A stretch of 64,000 bases of DNA from Planctomycetota bacterium (GTDB lineage: Bacteria; Planctomycetota; UBA8108; SXIK01): NCBI GenBank assembly GCA_965223845.1, contig CBDCXR010000004.1, positions 5,056,001 to 5,120,000 on the forward strand, read 5' to 3'. Under the pieces are notes generated by a model. That model was not told the DNA's origin. It worked only from the letters and a program-made list of their open reading frames with translations, and did no database searches. A program made the position numbers and the translations under genes. This document shows, in pieces, positions 19,550-28,595 of this stretch (position 1 is the stretch's first letter; the number at the start of each line of letters is the position of its first letter).

Positions 19550-19681
19550 GGTGTTTTATATGCCAAACATGAGTTCGTCAACCAAAACACCTGGAGTTTC
19601 CGCCTAGCATTTGTTCGCTGTGCAGAAGTGACGCCGTAGAGCCGGAGACTTCAACCTAAACCCTTTAAAAGCAAAGAGTTG
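19550..19681 (-). promoter_or_regulatory. AT-rich promoter region of the exbB-exbD-tonB-receptor operon, with an inverted repeat and an IHF-like site
   Basis: Minus strand TTGACG (19581-19576) with TATAAA/TAAAAC -10 candidates; GGTGTTTT (19550-57) and AAAACACC (19584-91) bracket the promoter; TAA-N4-TT-N7-AA-N4-TTG at 19657-19681. Confidence 0.5.
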
Positions 19682-19735
19682 AGATTCCCGGCGAGGGCGG
19701 CGAACGGGTCTCGACACCCCGGGGAAGAGGAACGA

Positions 19736-20971
19736 TCAGAGTCGTCCGCGCACCTGAAATCGCGCGAGGACGAGGAAGCTGACCGCGAAGATGACGACGA
19801 GCGCGACGAGGACCACCATCACCGACTCGGTCGAGAAGCCCTCGCGCGGATAGGGAGGCGTCGGCTCACTCTTCTCGAGGAGCGTCGTCCAGTCGCCTTT
19901 GAACTTTCCCGTCGTCAATTCGCCCCACCGGTCCCGATCGAAGCGAAACCGCTGAATCGTCCACAGCTCGTCGTGCCCCGTGTCGCCGGTGTGATTCGCG
20001 CGAATGCGGAGCTCGACGCGGGCGAGTCCCTCGGCGCCGGCAAAGAGCGCGCTCACGAGCTCCGGCACTCGCTCGAGGTACTCCGCGGTCGGCGCGACGT
20101 CCTCTGATTTCGCCGCATCGAGAGCCCGATCGTCGAAGTAAGAAACGTCGAGCACCACGTTCGCTCGGTCCTTCGTTCGCTCGTTGACCGCAGTGGCGAT
20201 TCCGGACAGGCCCAAGTCCGGGGCGAGGCGCTTCGCAGTGCTCGCGAGATCGTTCGCCACCTCGTCGATCGCTTCGGTCTCGGCTAGCGCGCGCCGCTCC
20301 TTCTTGCGATGAGCAGCAAACCGAGAGCTGACCTCGTCGACGAGCTCGCGCTGCTCGTCGAGGCGCTCGCTCAGTCGCTTCGATGCCTCGTCGAGCTTCG
20401 CCAGACCGGCTTCGAACGACTCCGCCGCGTCCGCAATCGGAAGGACGTCGGACTCGACGCCCACTTCGCCGCCGCTTCGCGCCGTGGCCACCAGTTGGTC
20501 GACCGTATCGACAAGCCGGAGGATCTCGGCCTTCTCTTTCCGCACGCGCTCGAGCTCGTTCTTGCATTCGTCGCGCGCTGCGACGCTCATCTTCCAGTCC
20601 GCTCGAAACTCGTCTCGCAAGTCCTCGAGGTAGGGCGTCGCCTCGCCCGAATCGACGTTCTTCGTCAGCGCTTCGAGCTCATCGAATCGCGCCAGCGCCT
20701 CGCGCGCCTTTCCCTCCACGTCCCCGCTTTCTTTCACCGCAGCCGAAATCGTTCGCGCGGCGCGCCCGAGGACGCGGATCACTCCGCCCGCGAGATCCGC
20801 GCTCTCGACCTCGGACGCATCATCGAGCGTCGGGAAGTCCTCGAGATCGTTCGCGACTTCCTGCGGACTGGCGAGCAGTTCGCCACGCATCGCGAGGAGA
20901 AGAACCGTCGCGAGAGCTACCACCGAGAGCCGAGCGAAAACGAAGCGGGACACCGGCCCAGATCCTCCCAT
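19736..20971 (-). CDS. Hypothetical exported coiled-coil protein with a C-terminal membrane anchor
   Basis: N-terminal hydrophobic signal (LSVVALATVLLLA), long Glu/Ala/Leu heptad region, small alpha/beta domain, C-terminal TM VMVVLVALVVIFAVSFLVLA followed by basic residues. Confidence 0.75.
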   Translation of the reverse strand: MGGSGPVSRFVFARLSVVALATVLLLAMRGELLASPQEVANDLEDFPTLDDASEVESADLAGGVIRVLGRAARTISAAVKESGDVEGKAREALARFDELEALTKNVDSGEATPYLEDLRDEFRADWKMSVAARDECKNELERVRKEKAEILRLVDTVDQLVATARSGGEVGVESDVLPIADAAESFEAGLAKLDEASKRLSERLDEQRELVDEVSSRFAAHRKKERRALAETEAIDEVANDLASTAKRLAPDLGLSGIATAVNERTKDRANVVLDVSYFDDRALDAAKSEDVAPTAEYLERVPELVSALFAGAEGLARVELRIRANHTGDTGHDELWTIQRFRFDRDRWGELTTGKFKGDWTTLLEKSEPTPPYPREGFSTESVMVVLVALVVIFAVSFLVLARFQVRGRL

Positions 20972-21068
20972 ATACGTCGACGAAACACCGGCTGACGAAA
21001 CCTCGGGCGGCGACCCGTCCGATTCTCAGGGCGCCCATCATACCCGCGGCCACTCGCGAACTCAGCGC

Positions 21069-24000
21069 TCAGGACGGCCGAACGATCTCGAGGATCCGCT
21101 CGCCATAGTTTTCGCAGATCTTCGGGCCGATTCCCGGGATTTCGCGCAGGGACTCCTCGTCGCCGGGGCGCGCCGAGGCGACCGCGAAGAGAGCGCGGTC
21201 CGTGAGAACTCTAAACGCCGGGATCTGCCGACGCCGCGACTCCCCGAGGCGCCACTCCTTGAGTGCGTCAACGACCTCGCGCGGCGCATCGTCGACGGAG
21301 ACGACCGGCTCGCGCTTCCCTCGCTTCCCCGTCCCGGCTCGACTGCGCGACGTTCGCGGACGACGCTTCCGAGCGCACTCGCGGACGATCTTCGCTTCAG
21401 AGTAGTCGGGCGGCGCGACACGCGTGCCATCGCTCGAGAGATACGCGCGACGGTACCCGACGACTCGACCGTCCTTCTCGAACGATGCATCCTCGAGCCG
21501 CACCCACCCCGCTCGCACTACCGCGGCGAGCACACGCTCGCCTTCCTTCCGGTCGAACGCTCCACCCGCATCCGCCTCCTGGAAGAGCCGCCCCGTACCG
21601 ATTCCTTCCCGTTCGCGCAAGACGTCGAGCATCCTCCCGATGAGGATCTCCTCGATCGGCGACGGATCGCGCAACTGGCGGACGAGACACTCTAGCGGCG
21701 CGCAGGCATCGCAGATGCCGCAGCTCTCTCCACGATCTTCTTGATCGCCGAAATGCTGAACGAGGTGCACCATCCGGCAGCCTTGCCGTTCGGCGAAGCG
21801 AAGAATGCGGTCGAGCTGCTCGCGCTTCCACTCTCTTTGCTGCTCGTAGGGAACTTGCCATTCCGGTCGCCCTCGCCGGACGGAATCGCCGGCGGCGACG
21901 ACCGCGCCGCCGTGGATCCAGAGCTTCTCGAGCGCGACATCGAAGGTTTCAGGGTCGACGCGCTGCGTCGGGTCCGGGTTCGAGGCGAGGAAACCACGAA
22001 GGTCCTCACGGACGGAAGGCTCTTCCGGAAGTGCGGCGAAGACGCGAGCGAGCTCGAGGGGATCGGGGTAGTCCCGCTGGTGGAAAAACTCGTGCGTTCG
22101 TCGGTCTGCGTACGAATACAAAAGGATGGCTCGCGACGGCAGCCCGTCTCGCCCGGCCCGGCCGATCTCCTGGTAGTAGCCCTCGACACTCGATGGGAGA
22201 GCAGTGTGAATCACCGTCCGGATATCCGGTTTGTCGACTCCCATTCCGAACGCGATCGTCGCGCAGATCACGTCGAGCTCGCCCGATAGAAAGCGCCGCT
22301 GGACGGACTCGCGGTCCTCCGCGGAGCGGCCGGCGTGGTAGGCGGCGCTCGAGCAGAGCGCGGAAAGGTCGCGGCCGAGCTGTTCGGCCTGCTTGCGCGA
22401 CGGCGAGTAGACGATGGCCGGACGACGCTCCGGGTCCGCGAGTACGTTCGCGACCGCCTCGGGACGAGACGACGGCGGCATCTCGGCCACCTCGACTGCG
22501 ATGTTGCTCCGCCGGAATCCGTGGATGTGGGGCTCACCGCGGAGACCGAGCTGACGAACGATGTCTTCCTGCACCGCGGGTGTCGCCGTCGCGGTGAGAG
22601 CGATCACCGGCGTCGGTCGAAAGAGCGGCAGGCGCTCACCGAGCATGCGGTAATCGGGCCGAAAATCGTGACCCCACTGCGAGATGCAATGGGCCTCGTC
22701 GATCGCGACCAAGACCGGAGGACGGCGGCCGAGCATCTCGGGGAATCCGGGAACGCTCAGGCGCTCGGGCGCGATGAAGAGATAATCGAGACGCCCCTCG
22801 AGATACGCGATGCAGACCTGCCGGGAGTCGAAGCGGTCTCGCCCCGAGTGAATTCGCTCAGCGCGGAGACCGAGTGCGCGGAGCTTCGCGACCTGATCCT
22901 CCATGAGCGCAATGAGCGGCGAAATGACGAGTGTCGTTCCCGCGCGTGCGAGTCCGGGGAGCTGGTAGCAGAGCGACTTTCCGGCGCCCGTCGGCATGAC
23001 GACGAGCATGTCCTTCCCTTCGGTCACGGCACGACAGACTTCCTCCTGGTGCGGACGAAATTCCTCGAGGCGAAACGCCGTCGAAAGGAGTGAGCGAAGG
23101 TCGTTCGGCGCGACCGGGTCGCGCGAGATCTCGACGGGGAGGTCAGCGCGTTCCTTCGACACGCGCTCCCCCGAGTCGGCCTCGTGTTCGATCGACGTCG
23201 TCGAGTCCGTCGATGATGAGAGCGAGGGGGCCGGCGACGCGCCATCGTTCGGGACCGCCCCGCCCGGCGCCGGCCCGAGCCCGAGACTCGAGCCCGAGCG
23301 CTCCCGCCGCGAAGATCCGACGACGCGGCGCACGTAGTCCTCCACCGCGCGCTGAAACTCGTCGAGCGCGAGCGTTCCCCGCTCGATCGCCTTGAGACGC
23401 ATCTCCCACTCGCCCGTCATCGCGGGACTCTTCACTTCCGGATGCACGACCTCGATGAGCGCGAGACCCTTCTCCGTCGCGCGAAGCGTTTTCTTCTCTC
23501 TCGTGACGTAGGCTCGCCGGAGAAGCGTTTCGATGATCTCCGCTCGCGTCGCCGGAGTGCCGAGCCCAGCGTCGCGCATCGCCTCGGAGAGCTCCTCGTC
23601 CGAGAGCGTCTTCCCCGCCGACTCCATGGCGGTGAGCAAAGTCGCATCGGTGAACGGCCGGGGCGGTGTCGTCTTTTTCGCGACGGCCTTCGCATCGAGG
23701 ACGGCAACGACGCAGTTCGCTTCGAGCCCCGCGGGAAGAGCCGTCTCGGACGCTCGAGACTCTCCCGTGCGCTGCGCGCGAGGAGGCTCGTCACCGGAGC
23801 CTTTCTCGGACTTCGGTCCCGTCGATTTCTTCGCCCCACTCTCGCCCTGCGGAATCTTCGCATCGAGAATCTTCCAGCCGATCTCATCGACTACGGATCC
23901 CTTGGTCACGAACCGATCGGGAGGCGACTGCCGATCCTCGATGACGCCACCGGCTTCGCTCGAGAGCTCGGGACGGACGGCGGTGACGACCGTCGTCACA

Positions 24001-25271
24001 CTCCAGACGTGATCGGGATGCCACGCCGCGAGGAGGCGACGGCAGACCAGGTCGTACAGGCGCTCTTCGTCCGCCGAAAGACGCCGACTCTCCGGCGTGG
24101 TCGTCGTCGGAATGATCGCGTGGTGGTCCGTGACGCGCGCGTCGTCGACGAAGCGATTTCCGAGCGCGCGAACACCCGTTCCCTCTGCGAGCAGCCCTTC
24201 GTAGCCGCTCCGTACCGCACCGACCACCTCGCCGAGAGTCGCTGCCGCGGCCGTCGAGAGATACCGGCTGTCCGTGCGCGGATAGCTGATGAGCTTTTTC
24301 TCTTCGTAGAGCGACTGAGCGACTCGGAGAGTCCGCGCGGCACTGAAACCGTAGAGACGGTTCGCGTGGCGCTGCAGCTCAGTGAGATCGTAGAGGCGAA
24401 GCGGCGCGAGACGTCGCTGCTCGCGTTCGACGCTCTCGACCGCTGCCGTGCCCGTCATCGCGCGGTAGACGATGCCGCGCGCCGCTTCGCCGTCGGCGGG
24501 GAGTCGCTTCGATTCCGTCGACGCTCTCTCGCCGGCGAAGTAGACTCCACGGTACCGAGTTTCGCACGCGCCTTCGCCTCGACCACGGGTGCCGAGCGAC
24601 GGGGCCGCATCGAACGTCGCCTCGACCTCGAGGTAATCTTCGGGAACGAAGCGGCGGATCTCGAGCTCGCGCTCGACGAGCATCGCGAGCGTCGGCGTCT
24701 GAACGCGTCCGACAGAGTAGCTCACTCCCTCCTCGAGCGTCGTCAGGCGAGAGAGATTCATCCCGACGAGCCAATCGGCGCGACTCCGGCCTCGCGCAGC
24801 ATCGGCGAGGGGGTCGAATTCCGACGCTGGACGCAGCTCGCGAAAGCCACGGCGGATCGCATCCGGGGTGAGCGACGAAATCCAGAGGCGCCGCACGGGA
24901 TGGCGGCAGCCGCAGGCTTCGGCGATGTAGCGAAAGATCAGCTCGCCTTCGCGCCCGGCGTCGGTCGCACAGATCACCTCGGTGACCTCGGGGGATTCGA
25001 GCCACCGAGCGATGACGTCGAACTGCTCGCGCGTCTCTTCCCGGACGACGAGCGGCCACGAGTCGGGGAGAAGCGGGAGCGATTCGAGCGACCACCGCTT
25101 CCACGACGGGTCGATCTGGTGCGGCTCCGCGAGCCCCACGAGATGCCCGACCGCCCACGTGACGACGTACCCGGCACCGCTGTGGTACCCGTCGCCGCGC
25201 GAGTTCGCGCCGAGCACGCGCGCAAGATCGCGGCCGACGGAGGGCTTCTCAGCAATGACGAGCGTCGTCAC
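21069..25271 (-). CDS. topB-recQ: DNA topoisomerase III - RecQ helicase fusion (Toprim/Topo IA, RecQ SF2 core, RQC Zn site, HRDC)
   Basis: GAGGAG RBS and GTG start. Topo: IAEKPS, ATDAGREGE, SVGRVQTPT, ISYPRTD (catalytic Tyr), DHHAIIPT, GLGTPATR. RecQ: MPTGAGKSLCYQLP, SPLIALMEDQ, DEAHCISQWGHDFRPDY, TATA, AFGMGVDK, YYQEIGRAGRDG, CR..CGICDAC, HRDC LKEWR..IPGIG. Confidence 0.95.
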   Translation of the reverse strand: MTTLVIAEKPSVGRDLARVLGANSRGDGYHSGAGYVVTWAVGHLVGLAEPHQIDPSWKRWSLESLPLLPDSWPLVVREETREQFDVIARWLESPEVTEVICATDAGREGELIFRYIAEACGCRHPVRRLWISSLTPDAIRRGFRELRPASEFDPLADAARGRSRADWLVGMNLSRLTTLEEGVSYSVGRVQTPTLAMLVERELEIRRFVPEDYLEVEATFDAAPSLGTRGRGEGACETRYRGVYFAGERASTESKRLPADGEAARGIVYRAMTGTAAVESVEREQRRLAPLRLYDLTELQRHANRLYGFSAARTLRVAQSLYEEKKLISYPRTDSRYLSTAAAATLGEVVGAVRSGYEGLLAEGTGVRALGNRFVDDARVTDHHAIIPTTTTPESRRLSADEERLYDLVCRRLLAAWHPDHVWSVTTVVTAVRPELSSEAGGVIEDRQSPPDRFVTKGSVVDEIGWKILDAKIPQGESGAKKSTGPKSEKGSGDEPPRAQRTGESRASETALPAGLEANCVVAVLDAKAVAKKTTPPRPFTDATLLTAMESAGKTLSDEELSEAMRDAGLGTPATRAEIIETLLRRAYVTREKKTLRATEKGLALIEVVHPEVKSPAMTGEWEMRLKAIERGTLALDEFQRAVEDYVRRVVGSSRRERSGSSLGLGPAPGGAVPNDGASPAPSLSSSTDSTTSIEHEADSGERVSKERADLPVEISRDPVAPNDLRSLLSTAFRLEEFRPHQEEVCRAVTEGKDMLVVMPTGAGKSLCYQLPGLARAGTTLVISPLIALMEDQVAKLRALGLRAERIHSGRDRFDSRQVCIAYLEGRLDYLFIAPERLSVPGFPEMLGRRPPVLVAIDEAHCISQWGHDFRPDYRMLGERLPLFRPTPVIALTATATPAVQEDIVRQLGLRGEPHIHGFRRSNIAVEVAEMPPSSRPEAVANVLADPERRPAIVYSPSRKQAEQLGRDLSALCSSAAYHAGRSAEDRESVQRRFLSGELDVICATIAFGMGVDKPDIRTVIHTALPSSVEGYYQEIGRAGRDGLPSRAILLYSYADRRTHEFFHQRDYPDPLELARVFAALPEEPSVREDLRGFLASNPDPTQRVDPETFDVALEKLWIHGGAVVAAGDSVRRGRPEWQVPYEQQREWKREQLDRILRFAERQGCRMVHLVQHFGDQEDRGESCGICDACAPLECLVRQLRDPSPIEEILIGRMLDVLREREGIGTGRLFQEADAGGAFDRKEGERVLAAVVRAGWVRLEDASFEKDGRVVGYRRAYLSSDGTRVAPPDYSEAKIVRECARKRRPRTSRSRAGTGKRGKREPVVSVDDAPREVVDALKEWRLGESRRRQIPAFRVLTDRALFAVASARPGDEESLREIPGIGPKICENYGERILEIVRPS

Positions 25272-25619
25272 TCAACCACTCCTCTTCACTCCCCTTCCCA
25301 CCGGCGCGAGAAAGCGCCGAGTCCGCCGCGTACTCTATCGCGGACTTCCGCCACGATGCCACCGGCACCGTCCGGCGCGGGCCGACGGGCGCGCGGAGCG
25401 CGATTCGAAACCACGCGCCCCGGCAGCCCGGTCCCCTCTCTCTAATACGCGTTCGAAGCGAACGCCACTCGAAGACCTCTCGCCCTTTGCGCGGGAACGG
25501 CGCCTTCGCCCCCGAGTGACTCGAAGCGAAGAAAACCATCATCCGTTCTGTGAGGCGGCGTAAACCTCGATTCACAGCGCTCCGGCTGGTTCTCCCTCCC
25601 GGTCCGGGCGCTTTCTTCA

Positions 25620-25680
25620 CAACTTATTGATTCGAGGTTGGTTAACGCCACTCCAGCGATCGGATGGCACAGAGTTTGCC
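25620..25680 (+). promoter_or_regulatory. Sigma54 (-24/-12) promoter with an upstream IHF site
   Basis: TGGCAC-AGAGT-TTGC at 25665-25679 is an exact TGGCAC-N5-TTGC match. 25620-25632 reads AATCAATAAGTTG on the minus strand, an exact WATCAANNNNTTR match. Confidence 0.7.
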
Positions 25681-25797
25681 AGTCGGTCAGCCGGGGAGAA
25701 CCGTGGAGAGCGGAGCGAGAGCTCCGATTTCGCCTCCTCGGTGTTGCGAAGATTCGGCTCGGAACGGAATCCAGCCGGGCCCTCCACCTTCCGCTTC

Positions 25798-25856
25798 GCA
25801 GAGTGCCTGCGGCCCGTCGCGTCGAGGCTACCTCGGGCACTCCGCAGGCACCCTGC
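25798..25856. other. Strong compound stem-loop downstream of the permease stop and of the sigma54 promoter
   Basis: GCAG-a-GTGCCTGCGG pairs with CCGCAGGCAC-c-CTGC, enclosing GAGG-cta-CCTC; no U-tract on either strand. Confidence 0.5.
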
Positions 25857-25898
25857 GGGGCGGATTCGCGTCCACGGCGATTCGGTTCGAGCGCGTAT

Positions 25899-27248
25899 TC
25901 AGCCGCGCGCGGCCCGCCGGCGAGCCGTCCAGGCGCGGAAGAACACGCGCCAGACGAGACCGATCGCGATGAGACTCAGACCGGTCGCACTCGAGCGCCA
26001 GTCGACCCAGACTGCGAGGCTGAGGCAGCCGGCGAGCGCCGCAGTGGAGATCCAGCGCGGATAGAGGCGCTGCTCGTCCGAGAGACGGAGCGCGCAGAAG
26101 TTGTTGATCGCGTAGTACACGAGCACGGTGAACGCGCTCAGCGACCATGTGGTGCGGACGTCGCCGACGAGGACGAGGAGACCGACGAGGACGCCGACGG
26201 TGAGAACCGCGATCGGCGCGGATGTCCGCGCGGCGTTGATCACACCCACCGGCGCCGGCGCATCCCCGCGCCGGGCCATCGCGAGCAGCACGCGCGAGAG
26301 CCCGAGCAGCAGGTTGAGGGAGACACCGAGAAGCGCGCAGGCGGCTCCGGCGGTCACGAAATGACTCAGCCAAGGCCCGGCGAAATCGCGCGCGACCTCG
26401 CCGAGCGGCGCCGCACTCGACGCGGACGTCGAGACGCGCTCGACGCCTACCGCGCCGATGGCGGCGACGACAACGGCGGCGTAGAGAAGGAACGACGCGA
26501 TCACCGTCACCGTGATCGCGCGCGGAATGGTTCGCCCCGGCTCGTGGACCTCCTCTCCCATCGTCGCGATGCGACCGTAGCCCGTGTAGGCGACGAAGAA
26601 GAGCGCAGCGGCACGCAGCGTCGACGCCGCACCCGACGCGGCGCTCTGCTCAGCCGGGAAGAACGGCGTGAGTCGCGTGAAGGTCTCCGCTCCCGACGAC
26701 GCTAGCGCCACGACGACGAACACTCCGAGCGCCGCGAGTGGAACGGCGATGAGGACGGTGTTCGCGCGCGTCGAGCGCCGCACTCCCGACGCGACGAGAA
26801 TCGTGAGAACGAAACCCGCGAGGAACGCGACCGGAACGCGTCCGAACCAGGGAGTCTCCGGCGCGAGCATGCGGGCGTACTCTGCGAATCCCAGGAGCGC
26901 CGTCGCCGCGGATGCGCTCTTCGCGATCAAAAAGAGCCAACCGGCGGTCCAGCCGAGCTCGGGCGACGCGTAGACATAGCCGTATTCGTACGCACCGCCG
27001 CTCACGGGATGGCTCGCGGCGAGCTGGGCGCTCCCGAGTGCGTTCGCGAACGCGAGAAGCCCGGCCAGCGCCAGAGAGAGAATCGCCGCCGTACCGGCGA
27101 GCTCGACGGCGAGGGGAGCGGTGACGAACACACCGCTCCCGAGCATCGCCCCGAGCCCGAGAGAGACCGCGCCCGCGACGCCGAGCTCGCGGCGAAGACG
27201 CGGCGACGCGGACGGAGAGCTCGATGGGGAGGCGGATGGGGAGGTCAT
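25899..27248 (-). CDS. APC-family amino acid permease
   Basis: ATG 27248; LRRELG..GAMLGSGVF, PVSGGAYEY, FFVAYTGY..GEEVHEPGRTIPRAI, SRVLLAMARRG; about 12 TM helices. Confidence 0.92.
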   Translation of the reverse strand: MTSPSASPSSSPSASPRLRRELGVAGAVSLGLGAMLGSGVFVTAPLAVELAGTAAILSLALAGLLAFANALGSAQLAASHPVSGGAYEYGYVYASPELGWTAGWLFLIAKSASAATALLGFAEYARMLAPETPWFGRVPVAFLAGFVLTILVASGVRRSTRANTVLIAVPLAALGVFVVVALASSGAETFTRLTPFFPAEQSAASGAASTLRAAALFFVAYTGYGRIATMGEEVHEPGRTIPRAITVTVIASFLLYAAVVVAAIGAVGVERVSTSASSAAPLGEVARDFAGPWLSHFVTAGAACALLGVSLNLLLGLSRVLLAMARRGDAPAPVGVINAARTSAPIAVLTVGVLVGLLVLVGDVRTTWSLSAFTVLVYYAINNFCALRLSDEQRLYPRWISTAALAGCLSLAVWVDWRSSATGLSLIAIGLVWRVFFRAWTARRRAARG

Positions 27249-27503
27249 GGTGTCCGGGCGAGGGGTCGCTCCATCGACGCGCTGAATCGCGACGGCGAAA
27301 GAACGTCTCATACCACATCTCGACCGCTCCGCGCAGAGAATCACGCGATCCGCCGAGGGGTTCCGAGACCGAGGTTTCCCGCCGCGAAAAGTTCGGGTAG
27401 GCTCGTTCCTCTCCGCCCGCGAGCGTCTCCTTCGACTCTGCGCCACGGAGCGGAATCGCCTCTGTCGAGACCATCCCCACGAAACCCCTCGAGGTATTCT
27501 TTC

Positions 27504-28526
27504 ATGAGACGATGTGCTGCTCTGCTCGCGTCTACCGCGCTTGTCATCTCCACTGCCGGCTTCACCGCTCGCGTGCGTGCCGCCGAGGATTTGTGGGTCG
27601 TCTACGAAGGAAAGAGTGGACTCCCGGGTAGCGGGAAGCACGTCGTTCTCGTCTCCGGCGACGAAGAGTACCGGTCGGAGGAAGCGCTTCCGCAGCTCGG
27701 TAAGATCCTCTCCGTCCACCACGGGTTCAAATGCACCGTAGTTTTCGCCATCGATGAGAAGACCGGCGAGATCAACCCGGACAATCAAAACAACATCCCG
27801 GGGCTCGAGGCGCTCAAGTCGGCGGACCTCATGATCATCGCGACGCGCTTTCGCGATCTGCCGGACGAGCAGATGGCCCACATCGTTGAATACGTGGATT
27901 CCGGGCGCCCGATCATCGGCGTGAGAACGGCGACGCACGCGTTCAACATCAAGTCCGGAAAGAAGTACTCGCGGTACAGCTTCAACAGCCGAGAGTGGAC
28001 GCAAGGCTTCGGGCGTCAGGTCTTGGGCGAGACGTGGATCAACCATCACGGTCACCACGGACGCGAAAGCACGCGAGGAATCATCGCACGCGGAATGGAG
28101 AAGCACCCGATCACGAAGGGCGTGAAGGACATTTGGGGGCCGACGGACGTCTACGGCGTTCGTCTCCCTCTCCCGGAAGGTTGCCAGCCGATCGTCCTCG
28201 GCATGGTGATGGCGGGGATGACTCCCGACGCGCTCCCGGTCGAACGGAGGAAGAACGATCCGATGATGCCGATCGCGTGGACGAAGACGTTTAAGAGCGC
28301 GAGCGGAAAAGAGGCGCGGGTCTTCACGACGACGATGGGCTCGTCGACCGATCTCGAAAGCGCGGGCCTCCGACGCTTGCTCGTCAACGCGGTCTATTGG
28401 GCGACCGGTATGGACGACAAGATCCGCGCGGATTCGAGCGTCGACATCGTCGGGAAGTACGAGCCGTTGCCGTTCAAATTCGGTGGCTACAAACGCGGCG
28501 TGAAGCCAGCGGACCACAAGCTCTAA
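27504..28526 (+). CDS. Secreted ThuA-like domain protein (PVC type)
   Basis: ATG 27504 with signal peptide; HVVLVSGDEEYRSEEALP, PGLEAL..ADL..RFR, G.RTATHAF, WINHHGHH, HPI, RVFTTTMG, LLVNAVYWA. Confidence 0.85.
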   Translation: MRRCAALLASTALVISTAGFTARVRAAEDLWVVYEGKSGLPGSGKHVVLVSGDEEYRSEEALPQLGKILSVHHGFKCTVVFAIDEKTGEINPDNQNNIPGLEALKSADLMIIATRFRDLPDEQMAHIVEYVDSGRPIIGVRTATHAFNIKSGKKYSRYSFNSREWTQGFGRQVLGETWINHHGHHGRESTRGIIARGMEKHPITKGVKDIWGPTDVYGVRLPLPEGCQPIVLGMVMAGMTPDALPVERRKNDPMMPIAWTKTFKSASGKEARVFTTTMGSSTDLESAGLRRLLVNAVYWATGMDDKIRADSSVDIVGKYEPLPFKFGGYKRGVKPADHKL

Positions 28527-28595
28527 GAAGCCCGCGCACGACTCGGTTCGACGACCGAAAACGAGATCTCTCGGTCCGCTCTGAAGGCGCGATTC

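Noticed and set aside
19479-19735. Cobalamin riboswitch or Fur box upstream of the TonB operon
   Set aside because: No B12-box core and no GATAATGATAATCATTATC-like sequence is visible.
23442-25445. Long antisense or alternative-frame ORFs (also 10203-11825, 35310-37019, 45103-47238, 47563-49332, 53336-55006 and many others)
   Set aside because: They are Arg/Ala/Pro-rich shadows of well-supported genes, expected in high-GC DNA, and contain no recognisable motifs.
25449-25465. Palindrome GCGTTCG-AAG-CGAACGC upstream of topB-recQ as an SOS box
   Set aside because: The GTTC-N5-GAAC spacing fits no LexA box I can vouch for, it is a single copy, and it is plausible by chance.
25899-28517. 872-aa ORF that looks like a permease with a large N-terminal fusion
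   Set aside because: The first 423 codons are mostly the antisense shadow of the ThuA gene plus intergenic DNA; the permease starts at ATG 27248.
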